Below the pieces are notes generated by a model. It ran no database searches. It was given only the letters and a program-made list of their open reading frames with translations, and had not been told where the DNA came from. A DNA stretch of 64,000 bases, from the NCBI GenBank assembly GCA_964016885.1, contig OZ024743.1, forward strand, positions 311,612,001 through 311,676,000, written 5' to 3'. This document shows positions 1 through 13,515 of this stretch, in pieces; position 1 is the stretch's first letter, and each line of letters starts with the position of its first letter. This DNA is from Eledone cirrhosa. Its lineage: Eukaryota. Made by a program: the position numbers and the translations under genes.

Positions 1-3000
1 AACAAAACACCCCCCAAAATACCATCATATATACCTAAAATATAAAAAAAGATGGCTGACCTACGCAAAAACATAGGATATGTGTCAATGCTCCTTACAT
101 GTAAACAAGCACAAAAGAACCTCACTCCTCGCCAACAAAGAGTGAAAAATAAAATAGAGACGAATTTTGGTAACAGTAGAACCAGAACTCTTCAATATAA
201 GCTGATCACCCTCAAACAAGAATTGGGAGTTGTTAGCGAAAAATGCCGATACCTGAAGAAGGTAGATGAAAGAAAAGTGCTTAATAAAAGATTCAGACGA
301 AACCAAACATCAGTCTATAGAGATATGAAGGGCAAAATAATAAGTGTCACTGAGGCCCCATCCCAGAAAGACATAGATTCCTTTTGGAGCAAAACCAAGA
401 TGCAGTGAGGCTAAGAGAAATCCGAAAGAACTATTGCTCCTACACTACAACAAAAACATACGAAATAAGTGAGGGTACCCTTGAGACCGTGATAGGAAAA
501 CTCAAAGATAAGAAAACACCAGGAAGAGACATGATTGTCGGCTACTGGTACAAAAAACTGATATTCTATCGGAGGTATCTTACTGACCTCTACCAACAAG
601 TTCTCAAGGGAGATACACTTATACCAGAATGGTTGACATTAGCACAAACATTACTGATTCCCAAGAAGAAAGACACCTACTTGGCAAAAACCTACCGACC
701 CATTGCATGCCAGAACCTGATGTATAAGATGTATACAGCCTACCTGAACCTATTCTTCCAAGATCACTGTGAAAATAATAACATCATCACAGATGAACAA
801 GCAGCTGGAAAGAAAGGGGTTTGGGGATGTGCTGAACAACTCCTAATCAACAAAACTGCGATGTCGGAGGTGCGACAACTTAGGAGGAATATGGCTACAG
901 TCTGGCTGGACTACAGGAAAGTTTTCGATTCTGTTCCCCACTCTTGGGTGATAGAGGCCCTCCAACTTGATAAAGTCCCAGACATTATCATCAGAGCCAT
1001 AGAGAAGCTGGCTTCTTCTTGGGCTACTATCCCAAGGTTAAAGACAGAGAGGGAGGACTCTATTTTCACTGATAAAATAAAATGTCGCAGGGATATATTT
1101 CAGGGTATATTCTCTGTGATATTATTCATCCTGTCATTAAATCCCTTGTCGTTTCTGCTCAAGAAATGTGAAGGATACATCATTGGCTCACAGGAGGACA
1201 GAAATGCGAACCTAACCCATAATTTCTTTGTGGATGATCTGAAACTCTATGCCAAGAACATGGATGGGATGAATAAAAATCTTGACCTGGTTACAACGTC
1301 TCAAGGGATAAAGGAATGGAGTTTGGCCAAGATAAATGCTCATACATGACTGTAAAGTGGGGAAAAACAACAATCCAATCTAGCAACATTGTCATCAATG
1401 GCCTAACTGTTTCACCGATATCTGATGAGGACTGCTACAGATACCTGGGGATAGATGAGAACATATCCTATAATGGTATCTGTATTAACGAACGCGTAAC
1501 CAGGTAATACTACACCCGTTTAAGAAAGATTTGGTCATCGGAACTCTCTGTGCAAAACAAAACAGTGGCTCACAATGTGTTTGCTGTGCCTGTCCTAACA
1601 CCAACGTTTGGAATACTCAATTGGACGATAGACGAAATCCGAGCAGTTGTTGTTGGAACTCAAAAAATACTGAACAACACCGGAAACTTCCACATCAACA
1701 GTGACATAGACCGCCTTTACGTGAAACGTAAGCAGGGGGGCAGAGGCCTAACATCAGTCCAGACATTTGAATGTCGCATCATATCTCTCCGACAACATCT
1801 ACGAACCTCGAAGCGTAGGAGGCCGTTTCTCGAGCAAGTCTATCTGCATGAAACAGATAAGATCATGAGAGTTGGGAAGGAACTCCTCGAGAGATATTCC
1901 CTGTGTAATAATCAAAAATTCACAGCCAGGGATGCCGCTCAGCAATATCGCAGTGAATCCATGGATGAAAAACTGCATGCCTCTATCAGCAAAAAATCAT
2001 GCATGGATATGTTGCCAGGAAGCTCCAGAGTGAGAGTAATATAGATAAGGAAAGTAGTCTACCTTGGACCAACAACCGCTATATTGGCTCCCGCTTTGAA
2101 GGATACGCTTTTGCAATCCAGGAACAGGAGATTAGCACGAAATATCTAATTCACAAAAGAGATAGGGATGCAGGAAAAACACCTAGATGTGATAACAAGT
2201 GCAGACTCTGCAGAACTAACATCGAGGATATCACCCATGTCATCAGCAGCTGTCCAAAGATGTCATCGCAGTACTATCTACCGATGAGGCATGATGTAGT
2301 GGCCAAAACATTGTACGATGCAGTTCGTAAAAAAGATAGCCCCGATAATAAACAGATTAAAAGCTACAGCAATGTGGGAGACATCCATGTACATAATATG
2401 AAAGAGTACTGGTGGAATGTTCCAGTAAAAACCCCAATAAAATGCAGGCATAACAGACCGGATATTATGATATGGGACAGGGAGAAGAAAGCATGCACAG
2501 TAGTGGAAATTAGCTGCCCAGCAGATGCCAATATAATATCAAAGATTAGTGAAAAGGAGAACATTTATGCAGAACTGATGAGAAATCTGCAGATACTCCA
2601 CCCTGATTACACCTTCAGATTTATGCCTGTGATTATTGGGGCACTGGGATATGTTAGTAACTGCCTCAATACAAATCTTGAGAAGGTAGGCTTCACAGGA
2701 ACAGAAAGAACACAACTAGTTAAGAAATTACAAGTACAATCCATTAATGGAACAGTAAAAATATGTAAAACATTCCAAAAATGTTGCATCTAATAACTGC
2801 ATATACACATGCAAAGCATATACACATGCACCCATACAACTCAAAACATACACATCCACACATACAATAACATCCATATCTACACATGCATGCATACATA
2901 CATATCTACCTAGTTGATGTGTAAATTCCAATGAGAGAGTCTTGTGTCTATATTAGAAACCGACTCTCTCTCTCTATTGGTAAAACTTTGTGAAATTATA

Positions 3001-3012
3001 AAACCAGAAGAA
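1..3012 (+). mobile_element. R4/Dong-type non-LTR retrotransposon (RT + CCHC + REL endonuclease), frameshifted; 5' end outside window or truncated
   Basis: ORFs 52-408, 384-1349, 1316-1507, 1550-2044, 1999-2793 give RT motifs (YRPIAC, WLDYRKVFDSVPH, IFQG, FVDDLKLY), then CRLC..H..SSC, RHD and RPDI..VEISCP REL motifs; 3' UTR hairpin ccaatgagagagtc/gactctctc..attgg; ends ccagaagaa + CATA repeats. Confidence 0.92.
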
Positions 3013-3303
3013 CATACATACTTATGTACAAACAGTTAAGTAAGGGGTGGAAAATTAGTATTTAAGAGAAAAGGGAGAAATTAGATAAATATCAGCAAAC
3101 ACACTTCGTTATTTATCTGCCTTAGTTCAAGAAATATATTAGAAGACTTTCAATAATTCAAGATGGTAATGTGTTTCACAATCCTCCAATTACTTATTTA
3201 CTGGGAACAACTTCCACAATAAAAAAAAAGATTAAAGACATCAGGGTTGTGTGTATGTAAATATGTTCTTGTTTATATACGTATATATCTATGTGTGTAC
3301 ACT

Positions 3304-3398
<95 letters not shown>

Positions 3399-3764
3399 GC
3401 GTGTGTGTGTGCGCGTGTGTGTATGTGTGTGTGTGTATATACGCACACACATGAATTCGTATTTTCTGGCATGTTTACATAGATTAGTGTATGTATTTAC
3501 ACACGTTGGTGCAGCCTTATAACACACTTATTAACACCCCCCACCCCCCCACACACACATACACAAACACACACACACATACACACACATATATATATAT
3601 ATATATACGTATGTGTGTATGTGTGTGTATGCGTGTGTGTGTGTGTATGTGTGTGTGTGTGTGTGTACACAAACGAAAGAAATGCTCACTCAAAGAATTT
3701 GGAAGTTGAGAGCATTTATATTAACATTTCGACTACATTCATATATATCTACATATATACACGT

Positions 3765-3885
3765 GACGGCGCATGGCTTAGTCGTTAGAGCGTTGGGTTT
3801 AAATTGTTACATTGTGAGTTCGATTCTCGGACAGGGTGATGCGTTGTGTCCTTGAACAAGAGTCTTAATTTCACGTTGCTAGTGT
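3765..3885 (+). mobile_element. tRNA-derived SINE (second family), partial
   Basis: A box tggcttagtcgtt, B box gagttcgattc, then gtgtccttgaacaag..tttcacgttgct; related copies near 17527-17620, 63600-63700 (+) and 11390-11660, 42300-42645 (-). Confidence 0.6.
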
Positions 3886-4899
3886 CAAGTTGTAACGATA
3901 TGTTTATATACAATAAATATAAGGGAGCCTCGCTATCAAAGAAAAATAGTTTTTCGTTATGAAATAAATACTCAGATATCTGTGAACATGTCAACCGGTC
4001 ACAACTCCAGACAGAAAAGGAGCATGTATTAGACTCTCATTCAAAAGATTATGAGTCTGATTCTTTGATGATCGGCGTGTTGAATACTTTAACAAAATAC
4101 TTTATTTCATCCTTCTGCCAGTAGTTGCGACTTTCTGATAGTATCAGCAATGGAATGACCAATGGAAACATTGTTTCCTTGGTCCGATTTAACGATCCTC
4201 TACGTGTATAATTAGTGAGTATCTTCTTATTAGCTCTCGCTACATACAAGACAAATATGAATTTAGCCAACTTTTTTTCTCACTCAATGTGATTTTGGCT
4301 TAGAATCGTATCTGAAATTACTTCAAAATCCAGGTTATAGTCAATAAGAAATAAATAAATAAATAAATAAATAAATAAAAATCCCGATCGACTACGAACC
4401 ATTCGAGGTTTCCGACCCCTATTCTAGAAAAACAGGAGGGAATACTGATTCACCCCCAGCTTCCTCTTGGCCCTGGTGGAGAATTAAGCGCAACCACGAA
4501 AGTTCGGATCATCTCTAGTATTCTATTTCCAGATAGAATATACTTAAATCTGAAATAAAAACTAAAACATACATCAGTGATGAAAGAAAAAAAGTTATTA
4601 GATTTTTATTGATGAAGCTTATACCCAGGACCAGATTTAGATCTTGTGGGGCTCGGGGCAATTCAGGTTTGGTTGGCCACACATATAACAAAACACACAC
4701 GCGCGCACACACACACATATATACATATATATACACGCACATGCACACACATATATATATATGTATAGTTCGAAATAACAATAAACAAACAAACACAGGA
4801 GTAAATGTTACATGGCGTTATTAGCTTAACGCTTGGTGAGAGTGGGAGTGTAAGCAGAAGAGTGAGAGAGAAAGAGAGAGAGAGAGAAACACAGAGAGA

Positions 4900-4980
<81 letters not shown>

Positions 4981-5324
4981 CCCTATTTGGAGAGGGAAGG
5001 TCTGTTTCATGTATGGGGGGTAGCATTCAACGGTGACCTCGAAAAATCAGGCTCTACCTGTAGCATACATTGTTATGAGAAAAAGAGAAGAGATATTTTT
5101 ATTTTGTTGATTACATTCATAAGTAAATATGATAAACTGGTGCTTCAGTGAGTAAATTCTATTTTGTTATCAGTGTTAGAAACACCATTTAATGGTCTTT
5201 GAATTCTGTTAGCATTACCAAGAGATTCAATGATTGGAGTGGAACATGAAAGTATACAACGAATGATTTGTTTAATTTTGATTTGATTTGCATTAAACAT
5301 GGAATTCCACTTCCACATACGTAT

Positions 5325-5657
5325 GTATGTATGGTCCCATAACTCCTGATAGAGTCGGAGGGGTGTCGTATAGACATACGGCGTTTCTTGGTCATTTTAA
5401 GCCTGGCGGAACCCATCCCTGTCCAGGCCTGAGTACAGCAGATTTTTTCCAGACAAAGATAGAAAGTGAGAGAGAGGAGGTAAGAAAGCGATATAGAGGG
5501 AGAATCGACCTAAGTACTAGATTGGTACTTTCTTTTTATCGACCTCGAAAGGTTGAAAGGCAAAGTTGACCTCGGCTGGATTTGAACTCAGAGAGCAGAG
5601 AGTCGGAACGAGTACCATAGTTCCACGTTCTCACGACTCTGTCAATTCGCCGCCTTA
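5325..5657 (-). mobile_element. tRNA-derived SINE, long-tail subfamily
   Basis: Same head and core as the main SINE family but with a different tail of about 200 bp; homologous copies at 10050-10347 (-), 18445-18745 (-), 61335-61577 (+). Confidence 0.7.
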
Positions 5658-6447
5658 TGTAAGTTGATGCAAATGACAGAAAAATGTTAATATGCATGTA
5701 CTGAGAAATGTTTGTAACTCATGTGTATGTTCGCCCACAAGTTTCCTTTTGTGGCTTATTTGAACAAATTTGAAGATGCCAAATTACTTAAATTTTTCCT
5801 ACAGAACTTCTCTAGAACGGTATTTAATGTGTTTCTAATGATGAATGAATAATCTGTTGTCAGGCCCTCTCCCTCCACCCCCTTCCTGGACAACAAAGCG
5901 GGAATTCATCACAAAGTTTGTTTTGCTTTGTTTTTCAAATGATCGATAATTTCTCGTTGAGCAGTTCCTTTACTCTGGAGGTTGTATACAAGGAAATTTA
6001 CCTAAATGTTTATCTTCATCTCTTACAATCGATAGATTTAACTTTTCAAAAAAACGATTTCGTTATGCCTTGAAAAGAATCTGAATGTTAATGTACCCAC
6101 CAACAACTGCAACAACTGCAACAACCACTCCGATACAGAATAAAGTATCTTCAGCTATTTTCAGCAAATATACTTAAATCTAGAAAATAAATAAGGTAAT
6201 ATATTTACACAGATAACACGAATCAAATGATTGTGTATATGAAGTGTGGTCTTTACGTAATTGGCCTAATATATTCGTAGCAACTAAACTAATAGCAAGC
6301 ATAATGATACGACTAAATGGTTAACTTAACAACTTTGTATTTCCGAGTTTGATCCCACTGTGCGTGACCTATCATCCCATCAGATTGAGAAATGTGTATG
6401 ATCGGAATTTCATACAGAGAAACAGTACGAAAACCCACTGAAGTCAT

Positions 6448-6521
<74 letters not shown>

Positions 6522-6883
6522 TTATATATATATATATATATACTCACACTAAGGGTAGTTCACTTGATTTTTTTTTCAGTTATTATTTATAGTGATCGAC
6601 TGTTATTATTATTATTTTTCTGCATTTGGGATTCGCACATTTCCAAATTTTCAAATTTCAACCTCCCAGCTCTTCGACATTTCTTAAGGTTTGTTTACAT
6701 CCGGCTAGGCTCTATCCCCCAAGCAGTGTAGTATAACATAAGGTTTAATTACTCCCAACGAGTCTCTAGCCCCAACCTGTGCAGTATAACATCCTAAAAT
6801 ATACGATATCTGGCAGTCAACCCTTAGCGCACTTGCATGGCATTCGAGAGATATAGGGTTCGTTCCCTATAGGTACCGTAGGT

Positions 6884-7101
6884 CGGGCATGTCAAACATG
6901 TGGCTCGCGGGCCACACGTGGCCCTTTACAAGCACACCTACGACCCGTACAAAGGTATGTAGAGAGCGAGCATGCTTTATCTTCGTAACATAAAATAAAA
7001 AAAACATTAGTTGTAATGTGAGCGATTAGTTGTGTGTGGCCCTTATACAACACATATGTGACCCACGTGGCCCTCGGAGGACCCTCAGTTTGACATGTCT
7101 G
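6884..7101. mobile_element. hAT (Charlie-like) MITE
   Basis: TIRs cgggcatgtcaaac / gtttgacatgtctg; 8-bp TSD ccgtaggt / ccttaggt (1 mismatch). Confidence 0.8.
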
Positions 7102-7429
7102 CCTTAGGTCACTTTTTGCTGTCTTTAGGGATAGTTTACCCGCATTTTCTCGGCTATTATCATCGGTGATCGATTACAATTGTTTTCTGATTTTAGGATT
7201 CTCACTTCCAATTGTTTATATATATATATATATATATATATATGGTAGCACAGTGGTCGGGATAACCAAAGATGTGAGTTCGACTCCCATGTACGTCAAT
7301 ACTCATCTTTTTCCATTTCTCCGAGGGTTCTTAACCCCACTATCAGGCTAAATAATTTCTTTAGTCAAAATACGGCGATAGCTTACATTTATAATAATTT
7401 CAAACTTGCTCGCTGATTCGAAAATATTA

Positions 7430-7587
7430 GACGCCATGCTTTCCAGCATAGTTACGTCCCTTTACGATCTGAGTTCAAATCTCGCCGAGGTTGACTTTGC
7501 CTTTCATCCTTACGGGGTCGATAAAAATAAAGTACCAGTAATGCATTGGGTAATTGCTGGCCTTGTGCCTAAAGTAGACACAATTAT

Positions 7588-7590
<3 letters not shown>
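7430..7590 (+). mobile_element. Main tRNA-derived SINE family, 5'-truncated copy
   Basis: B box gagttcaaatc, core gcctttcatccttacggggtcgataaaaataaagtaccag, tail ttgctggccttgtgcctaaagtaga. Confidence 0.85.
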
Positions 7591-7643
<53 letters not shown>

Positions 7644-8112
7644 GAAATTAGGTTAAATTCACAACCTAATGTACATTTAAAGTGTGACAGGTCCCCTGGA
7701 TATATTTTAATATACATTTAAAACAGGGCATATGAGACCCTAGGTAACAGCCCATACGTTAATTTAACACTGAACCTTAGGTTATAACACAACACCCAGC
7801 GCACCTGCTGGAGTTAACTTTAAATAGCTCAATCAAAATTTGCTTATACAGCAAGTGGCATTTATCTGTTTATTATCGAGCAAATTCTTAACACCTATCA
7901 TCATTACCATCACTATCATAGTCATCATCATCATAAGTTACTGTTATTAATATCCTCACAATTAAGCTCTCTGTGAATACCCATCTTTTTGCTTGTATTG
8001 TTAAGTCTGTCACTATTCCTTAGTGTTTAATCTTTCTAACCTTGATAGAAACTAAAGCCAGGGCATAACAACCTTTATATATCTATATACATCTGTATCT
8101 ACATCTCTCTCT

Positions 8113-8660
<548 letters not shown>

Positions 8661-9281
8661 ACACACACGTGTGTGTGTCTAAGAGGATTATTTTAGCAAT
8701 GGTATAACGATTAGCTGAATAGTAACGTGTACATGCTTGTCGCTTGCCGTATCGAAATTGTTCTATACACATATAAAGTACCATGTGTTTAAAAAAATAA
8801 TAAACGATTTCTTACAATGTCTGCCGAGAAAACTAAAATTGGATTAAGATTGCTTTGGTAAAGCCAGTACAATGTATGCTTTGTACAGGTTTTTTCAGAA
8901 CAATCCGAAGCATATATTTCACAATACTTCATTTATTATTCAAAGTATCTACACGATATAATAAAATGCAAGTAAATCTATTCCACATGTGTCCACCATA
9001 AACGAAATTTAAGCGTCTGTCCGCCACGTGGTCCTGACCGACAGGAGGGAGAAGTTATTGGCTAGTGGGACGGTGAGGGAGACGCGCTGGAATAGCCACT
9101 CCTCCTCGTGGGGCTCGCACACACATTGTCAGTCAACTGAGCCCTGACAGCAGTGAGTAGGAATGTGGTCCGGGAGGCCTCCACAACCACAGACTCAACC
9201 ACAAAAGAGAGCGGCTGATACTTTGACAGTTTGCCCTCTTCGATCTGATGGACAGGGAGGCTTGGACTGGTTCATATAAAT

Positions 9282-9642
9282 CAGAGGTGTTCAAACTCTT
9301 TGGGCCACCGCCCCCTCACGGCCACGTAATAGACTCAGCGTCCCGCAACCCTATTTCCAGAGAGACCTGCCTATACACAAATTGTAAATAATATATAATA
9401 AATAAAATCGTTAATATATATTTAATAAATAATATGATGTATACTATGTATAAATAAATATTATATATTTTTTTATTTTACTATATTTATGTATAACATG
9501 TATAATTTAATATTTAATATACTATTATATCATCTCTACCGCCACCACCACCATGACCCAGCGCCCCCTGAACCTTCTCAGCGCCCCCTGAACCTTCTCA
9601 ACGCCCCCTGCGGGGCGGTAGCGTCTACTTTGAGAGCCTCCG
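9282..9642. mobile_element. hAT MITE
   Basis: Imperfect TIRs cagaggtgttcaaa / tttgagagcctccg; perfect 8-bp TSD atataaat (9274-9281, 9643-9650). Confidence 0.8.
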
Positions 9643-10922
9643 ATATAAATTAAGGTTATATTGCCATATACTAATATAAGCTAGAAATCACAAGCCAAAC
9701 ATATTCACTGCTTCCATCTACAGGCAATATATATACTTAAATAAGACCATTATTGCTCCAATCAGTCCACAAAACACTGAGCAAACACCCTAAATCGAAC
9801 ACCAACCTGCACTCATGACTCCTGCTATATCAAAACGCTACCCACCCTCCAAATTCGACAAACCGGATGCGGACCACCGACCTTCCTCAATTCGGTAAAC
9901 CGAACACAGACCGCAACAGCCACAAAATTGGGAAGATACACGTTATTAAGCTACAGCTTTCATATTACGTAGTTTTTATATAATAAAACCAACAAAGCTA
10001 TTTCCCATCATCTATTTCCCATCATCTATTTCCTATCATCTATGTGGAATGGCATGGTCCTGTAACTCGTAAAGGAGCCGTAGAGGCGTTTGTAGGACAT
10101 TTTAAACCTGGCGGAGCCATCCCTCTCCAGGTCTGAATACAGCAGATTTATTCCAGAGAAGGATAGATAATGAGAGAGAAGAAATGAGAAAGAAATATAG
10201 AGGAAGAATCGACTCCAGTACTAGACTGGTACTTTTTATATCGACCCCAAAAGGATGATAGGCAAAGTTGACCTCGGCAAGATTTAAGCTCAGAGAGCAG
10301 ATAGTCGAAACGAATACCGCAAAGCATTCTATCCGACGTTCAAACGACCCTACCAATTCGCCACCTTATCATCATATATGTACAGCTTCCATAAAAAAAG
10401 AACCTGGAAAACATCGTCTGAGACATGACATCATCAACTCCAAAAGAAACTGTCACCACTGGTCTTTCCATTACTTACTGTATCTGCTGGTCGGAACACC
10501 AAGCAGAAAAGAAGGTGGGATTTGAACTCAGAACGTAAAAGGCCGAAATAAATAGAGCATAGCATTTTGTCCGATGCTCTTACGATTCTGCCACTCTACA
10601 ACAACAACTACTTCTACTATTAGTACTAATACTACTAAATAATGGTTTCTGATGTCACCACAAGTCCAAAAACTTGGCGGGGAGTCGATTAAATCGACCC
10701 CAGTACATTACTGGCGCTTTATTATCGACCCCATAAAATGAAAGGCAAGGCTAACGTGATGAGATTTGAACTCAAACGTAAATAGCCGTAACTCTGTGCC
10801 GCTAAGCATGTTGTCCGACACCCTACCGATACTGTCACCCCACGCCCACCCCACCCATCTCATACTAATAATGAAAATACATCATAACGTTTGGTTATTT
10901 GTTAAATTTCTTATATACTTAC

Positions 10923-11138
10923 CAGTTATATTCTTTCTTGATACTTCCAGAAACAGTTTCAAAGCATCTCCTGGAAGCATGAATATTATGACAACTTTGA
11001 TACGATCATCTTCGTTCAGTTTGTCAAGTGCCTTCCGAATCGATTCTTCGTCTATACTGCCTTTCCTATGGGATCGTATCGATAAACTATTTAGGCAGAT
11101 ATTTTGTTTCGCAGCTTCCTTCTCAAGCAGTAGCAAAC
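10923..11138 (-). CDS. Class C GPCR, second coding exon seen (Venus flytrap domain continuation)
   Basis: Acceptor ttgtaacAG at 11140-11139, donor GTAAGT starting at 10922; the phase-1 join completes YGLE-G-LLLLEKEAAKQNIC...KVVIIFM...NITG, the expected mGluR/CaSR-type continuation. Confidence 0.88.
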
Positions 11139-12319
11139 CTGTTACAACAGTTTAAAACATCCTCTAAAGTTTGTTAACGAAGTGAAATATCTCAAAAAAA
11201 GATGAAAAGCGGAAAAATAAGTAGAAGAAAAGAAGATATCTTAAGTTAGATTTTTCAAAAAAAAAAAAAAAAAGAGGAAATTATATAAAATAACAATCAA
11301 TCAGGTATAGCATAGAAACACTTCAAAGAAGCCAGCAAGAAAATTGCTGTTCTTGTGCCAAAAGTAGATTTACTTATGTGTTATTGTTGGATACCCATCG
11401 GTTCCGACGAAGAGTGTTCCAGTTGATTAGATCACGGAAACAGCTTGCTCGTAAAATTAATATGTAAATGGTTACAATATATAATAATGCCGGCCATATG
11501 AATTACGGGTACAAATCATTTTTTCCCAGCTAAGTGTACTGTAGCAATGGAATATAAAGTGTCTTTGCTAAAGGTCATAATCCGCCACCATGTCCAGGAA
11601 TCGGATTCACGAGCTTACAATCGCGAGCCGAACATCTTAACCTCAAAGTCACGTGCCATCACTATCATTATTTGTTACAGGGTCGGTAGAGCGTCCTACA
11701 ACAATCTTTGCGGCATAGAGTTACGCCTTTTTACGTTGTGAGTTCAAATCGAGCCGAGATTAGCTTTGCATTTTATCCTTACGGGGTCGATAAAATAAAA
11801 TGCCAGTAACTCACCGGGGTTGATTTAATTGACATTCCCCTCCACAAAAGATTGTTAACCTTGAGCCTAAATTAGAAACCAATATTTGTTACAGTCGCTC
11901 AGGGCGACAAAGTAGGAACACTACTGACAAACAATGTTGCCTCAAAACAATTAATATGAACACAATATAACTTTCCTAGATTAGTTTTGTATGAGAATAT
12001 TTCTATCTACGTCTTAATGTTCACTTAGGTTATTTGCTAGTTAGTATTTAATGAAGCATCAGTGTCTATAAATGACTATATTTTACGATGATAACAAATA
12101 GATCTGTTCAGTGGATATTTACTAGATTAAGATCAAGGTATCCTGTCTAACATTGTTTTACGGCTTCTTTACCAAATTTTTACGAAGATATGTTTGTGTT
12201 TTCTATATATATACACACAAACACAAACACACAACGCACACATACACACGCACACACACACACACATACACACACACTGAACATCGAACGAATTTACCCA
12301 AAGAGTAGAAGTGGCCTAC

Positions 12320-12620
12320 ATGATTAAATGCAAAGGAAGTCGCAGGTTTTATATCAGAGTGACCTTCTCCTACACAGGTGCCTTAATGAAGACTAGGAGT
12401 CTCACTCCACGAAAAACAAATCTTTATTGGATAACAGTTGACTCTCCTGAGTTCCTCCGCCCTTTGACGGATCTTGTTTTTCATCCCGCAGAGTGTCCAA
12501 AATCACCCTCCTCAGCAACCAAGATTGGTGGGGTTGCCGGTTTAGTTGCCGACGACCCGACCATGAGACAGGTTATACTGGGTTACATGTTACCAGTAGC
12601 ATTCGAGAGCGAACTGACAT
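12320..12620. mobile_element. RTE-related non-coding repeat fragment
   Basis: Homologous segments at 17810-17870, 19840-20180, 32895-33040, 51855-52250; shared motifs tttccttctcctag and ggtggggttgccggtttag; RTE assignment is from recalled similarity only. Confidence 0.45.
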
Positions 12621-12843
12621 ACATACATACATACATACATACATACATACATACATACATACATACATACATACATACATACATACATACATACATACTA
12701 GTGAGATAGACCGCCTCTACTTGAAACGTAAGCAGGGAGGTAGAGGCCTAACATAAATGAGGTGATTAATCTCATTTACACAGACGAGAAAACTATATAT
12801 TCTCGACTGTTCTCAAGTCCAGCAGTAGCAAGCGGTGGGAGGG

Positions 12844-12887
12844 ACCGTCCTGACGAAGGCCAGTTAAGCCTGAAATGCATAGACGGT
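12844..12887 (+). ncRNA. Minimal type I hammerhead ribozyme (family A)
   Basis: accgtc-CTGACGA-aggc cagttaa gcct-GAAA-tgca-TA-gacggt; perfect stems I and II, palindromic stem III ATGCAT. Confidence 0.85.
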
Positions 12888-13110
12888 TGTCCCCCTTGAT
12901 TCTGCGGGACACCACCAGAGGGCGTTAGCCCCGGTGTTTGCATAGCTACGGCTTCCTAAATGTTTCCTGTAAACATACTGTGTTTCTAAAGTATATGTGT
13001 TTAGAAAACTCTCGAATTACCCACATTTCATTTTCATATTCAGCAATGCTATCACCTGGTTATGTTATATGTGTGTATGTATAGATACATATATTATCTA
13101 TCTATCTATA

Positions 13111-13256
<146 letters not shown>

Positions 13257-13515
13257 ACCGCCTTCAGTCACCAATGACCATGGGATTTGCACCTAGAAAT
13301 CCCCTCCCCCCGAAGCACAAGTCTGTGCAAGATTGTTTGTGTAAGACCAGCTGTTGCCCATGTATAATAGTCTTTCCTTTCCACACCCCAGATATTGTCC
13401 AAAGGAAAAGCAATGACCGATACAGCTTGGCACCAGTGACGTCGCAATTCATTTCTACATAAAAATATATATGTATATAATATATATATACATATATATA
13501 TATATAATATATATA

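Noticed and set aside
4123-4190. ctgatag..ggaaacattgtttcc motif, also at 17628-17695
   Set aside because: Simple hairpin in a repeat tail; lacks CUGANGA and hammerhead topology
7243-7290. tRNA-like A/B boxes (also 6820-6872 and 63600-63665)
   Set aside because: No complete cloverleaf; most likely SINE heads
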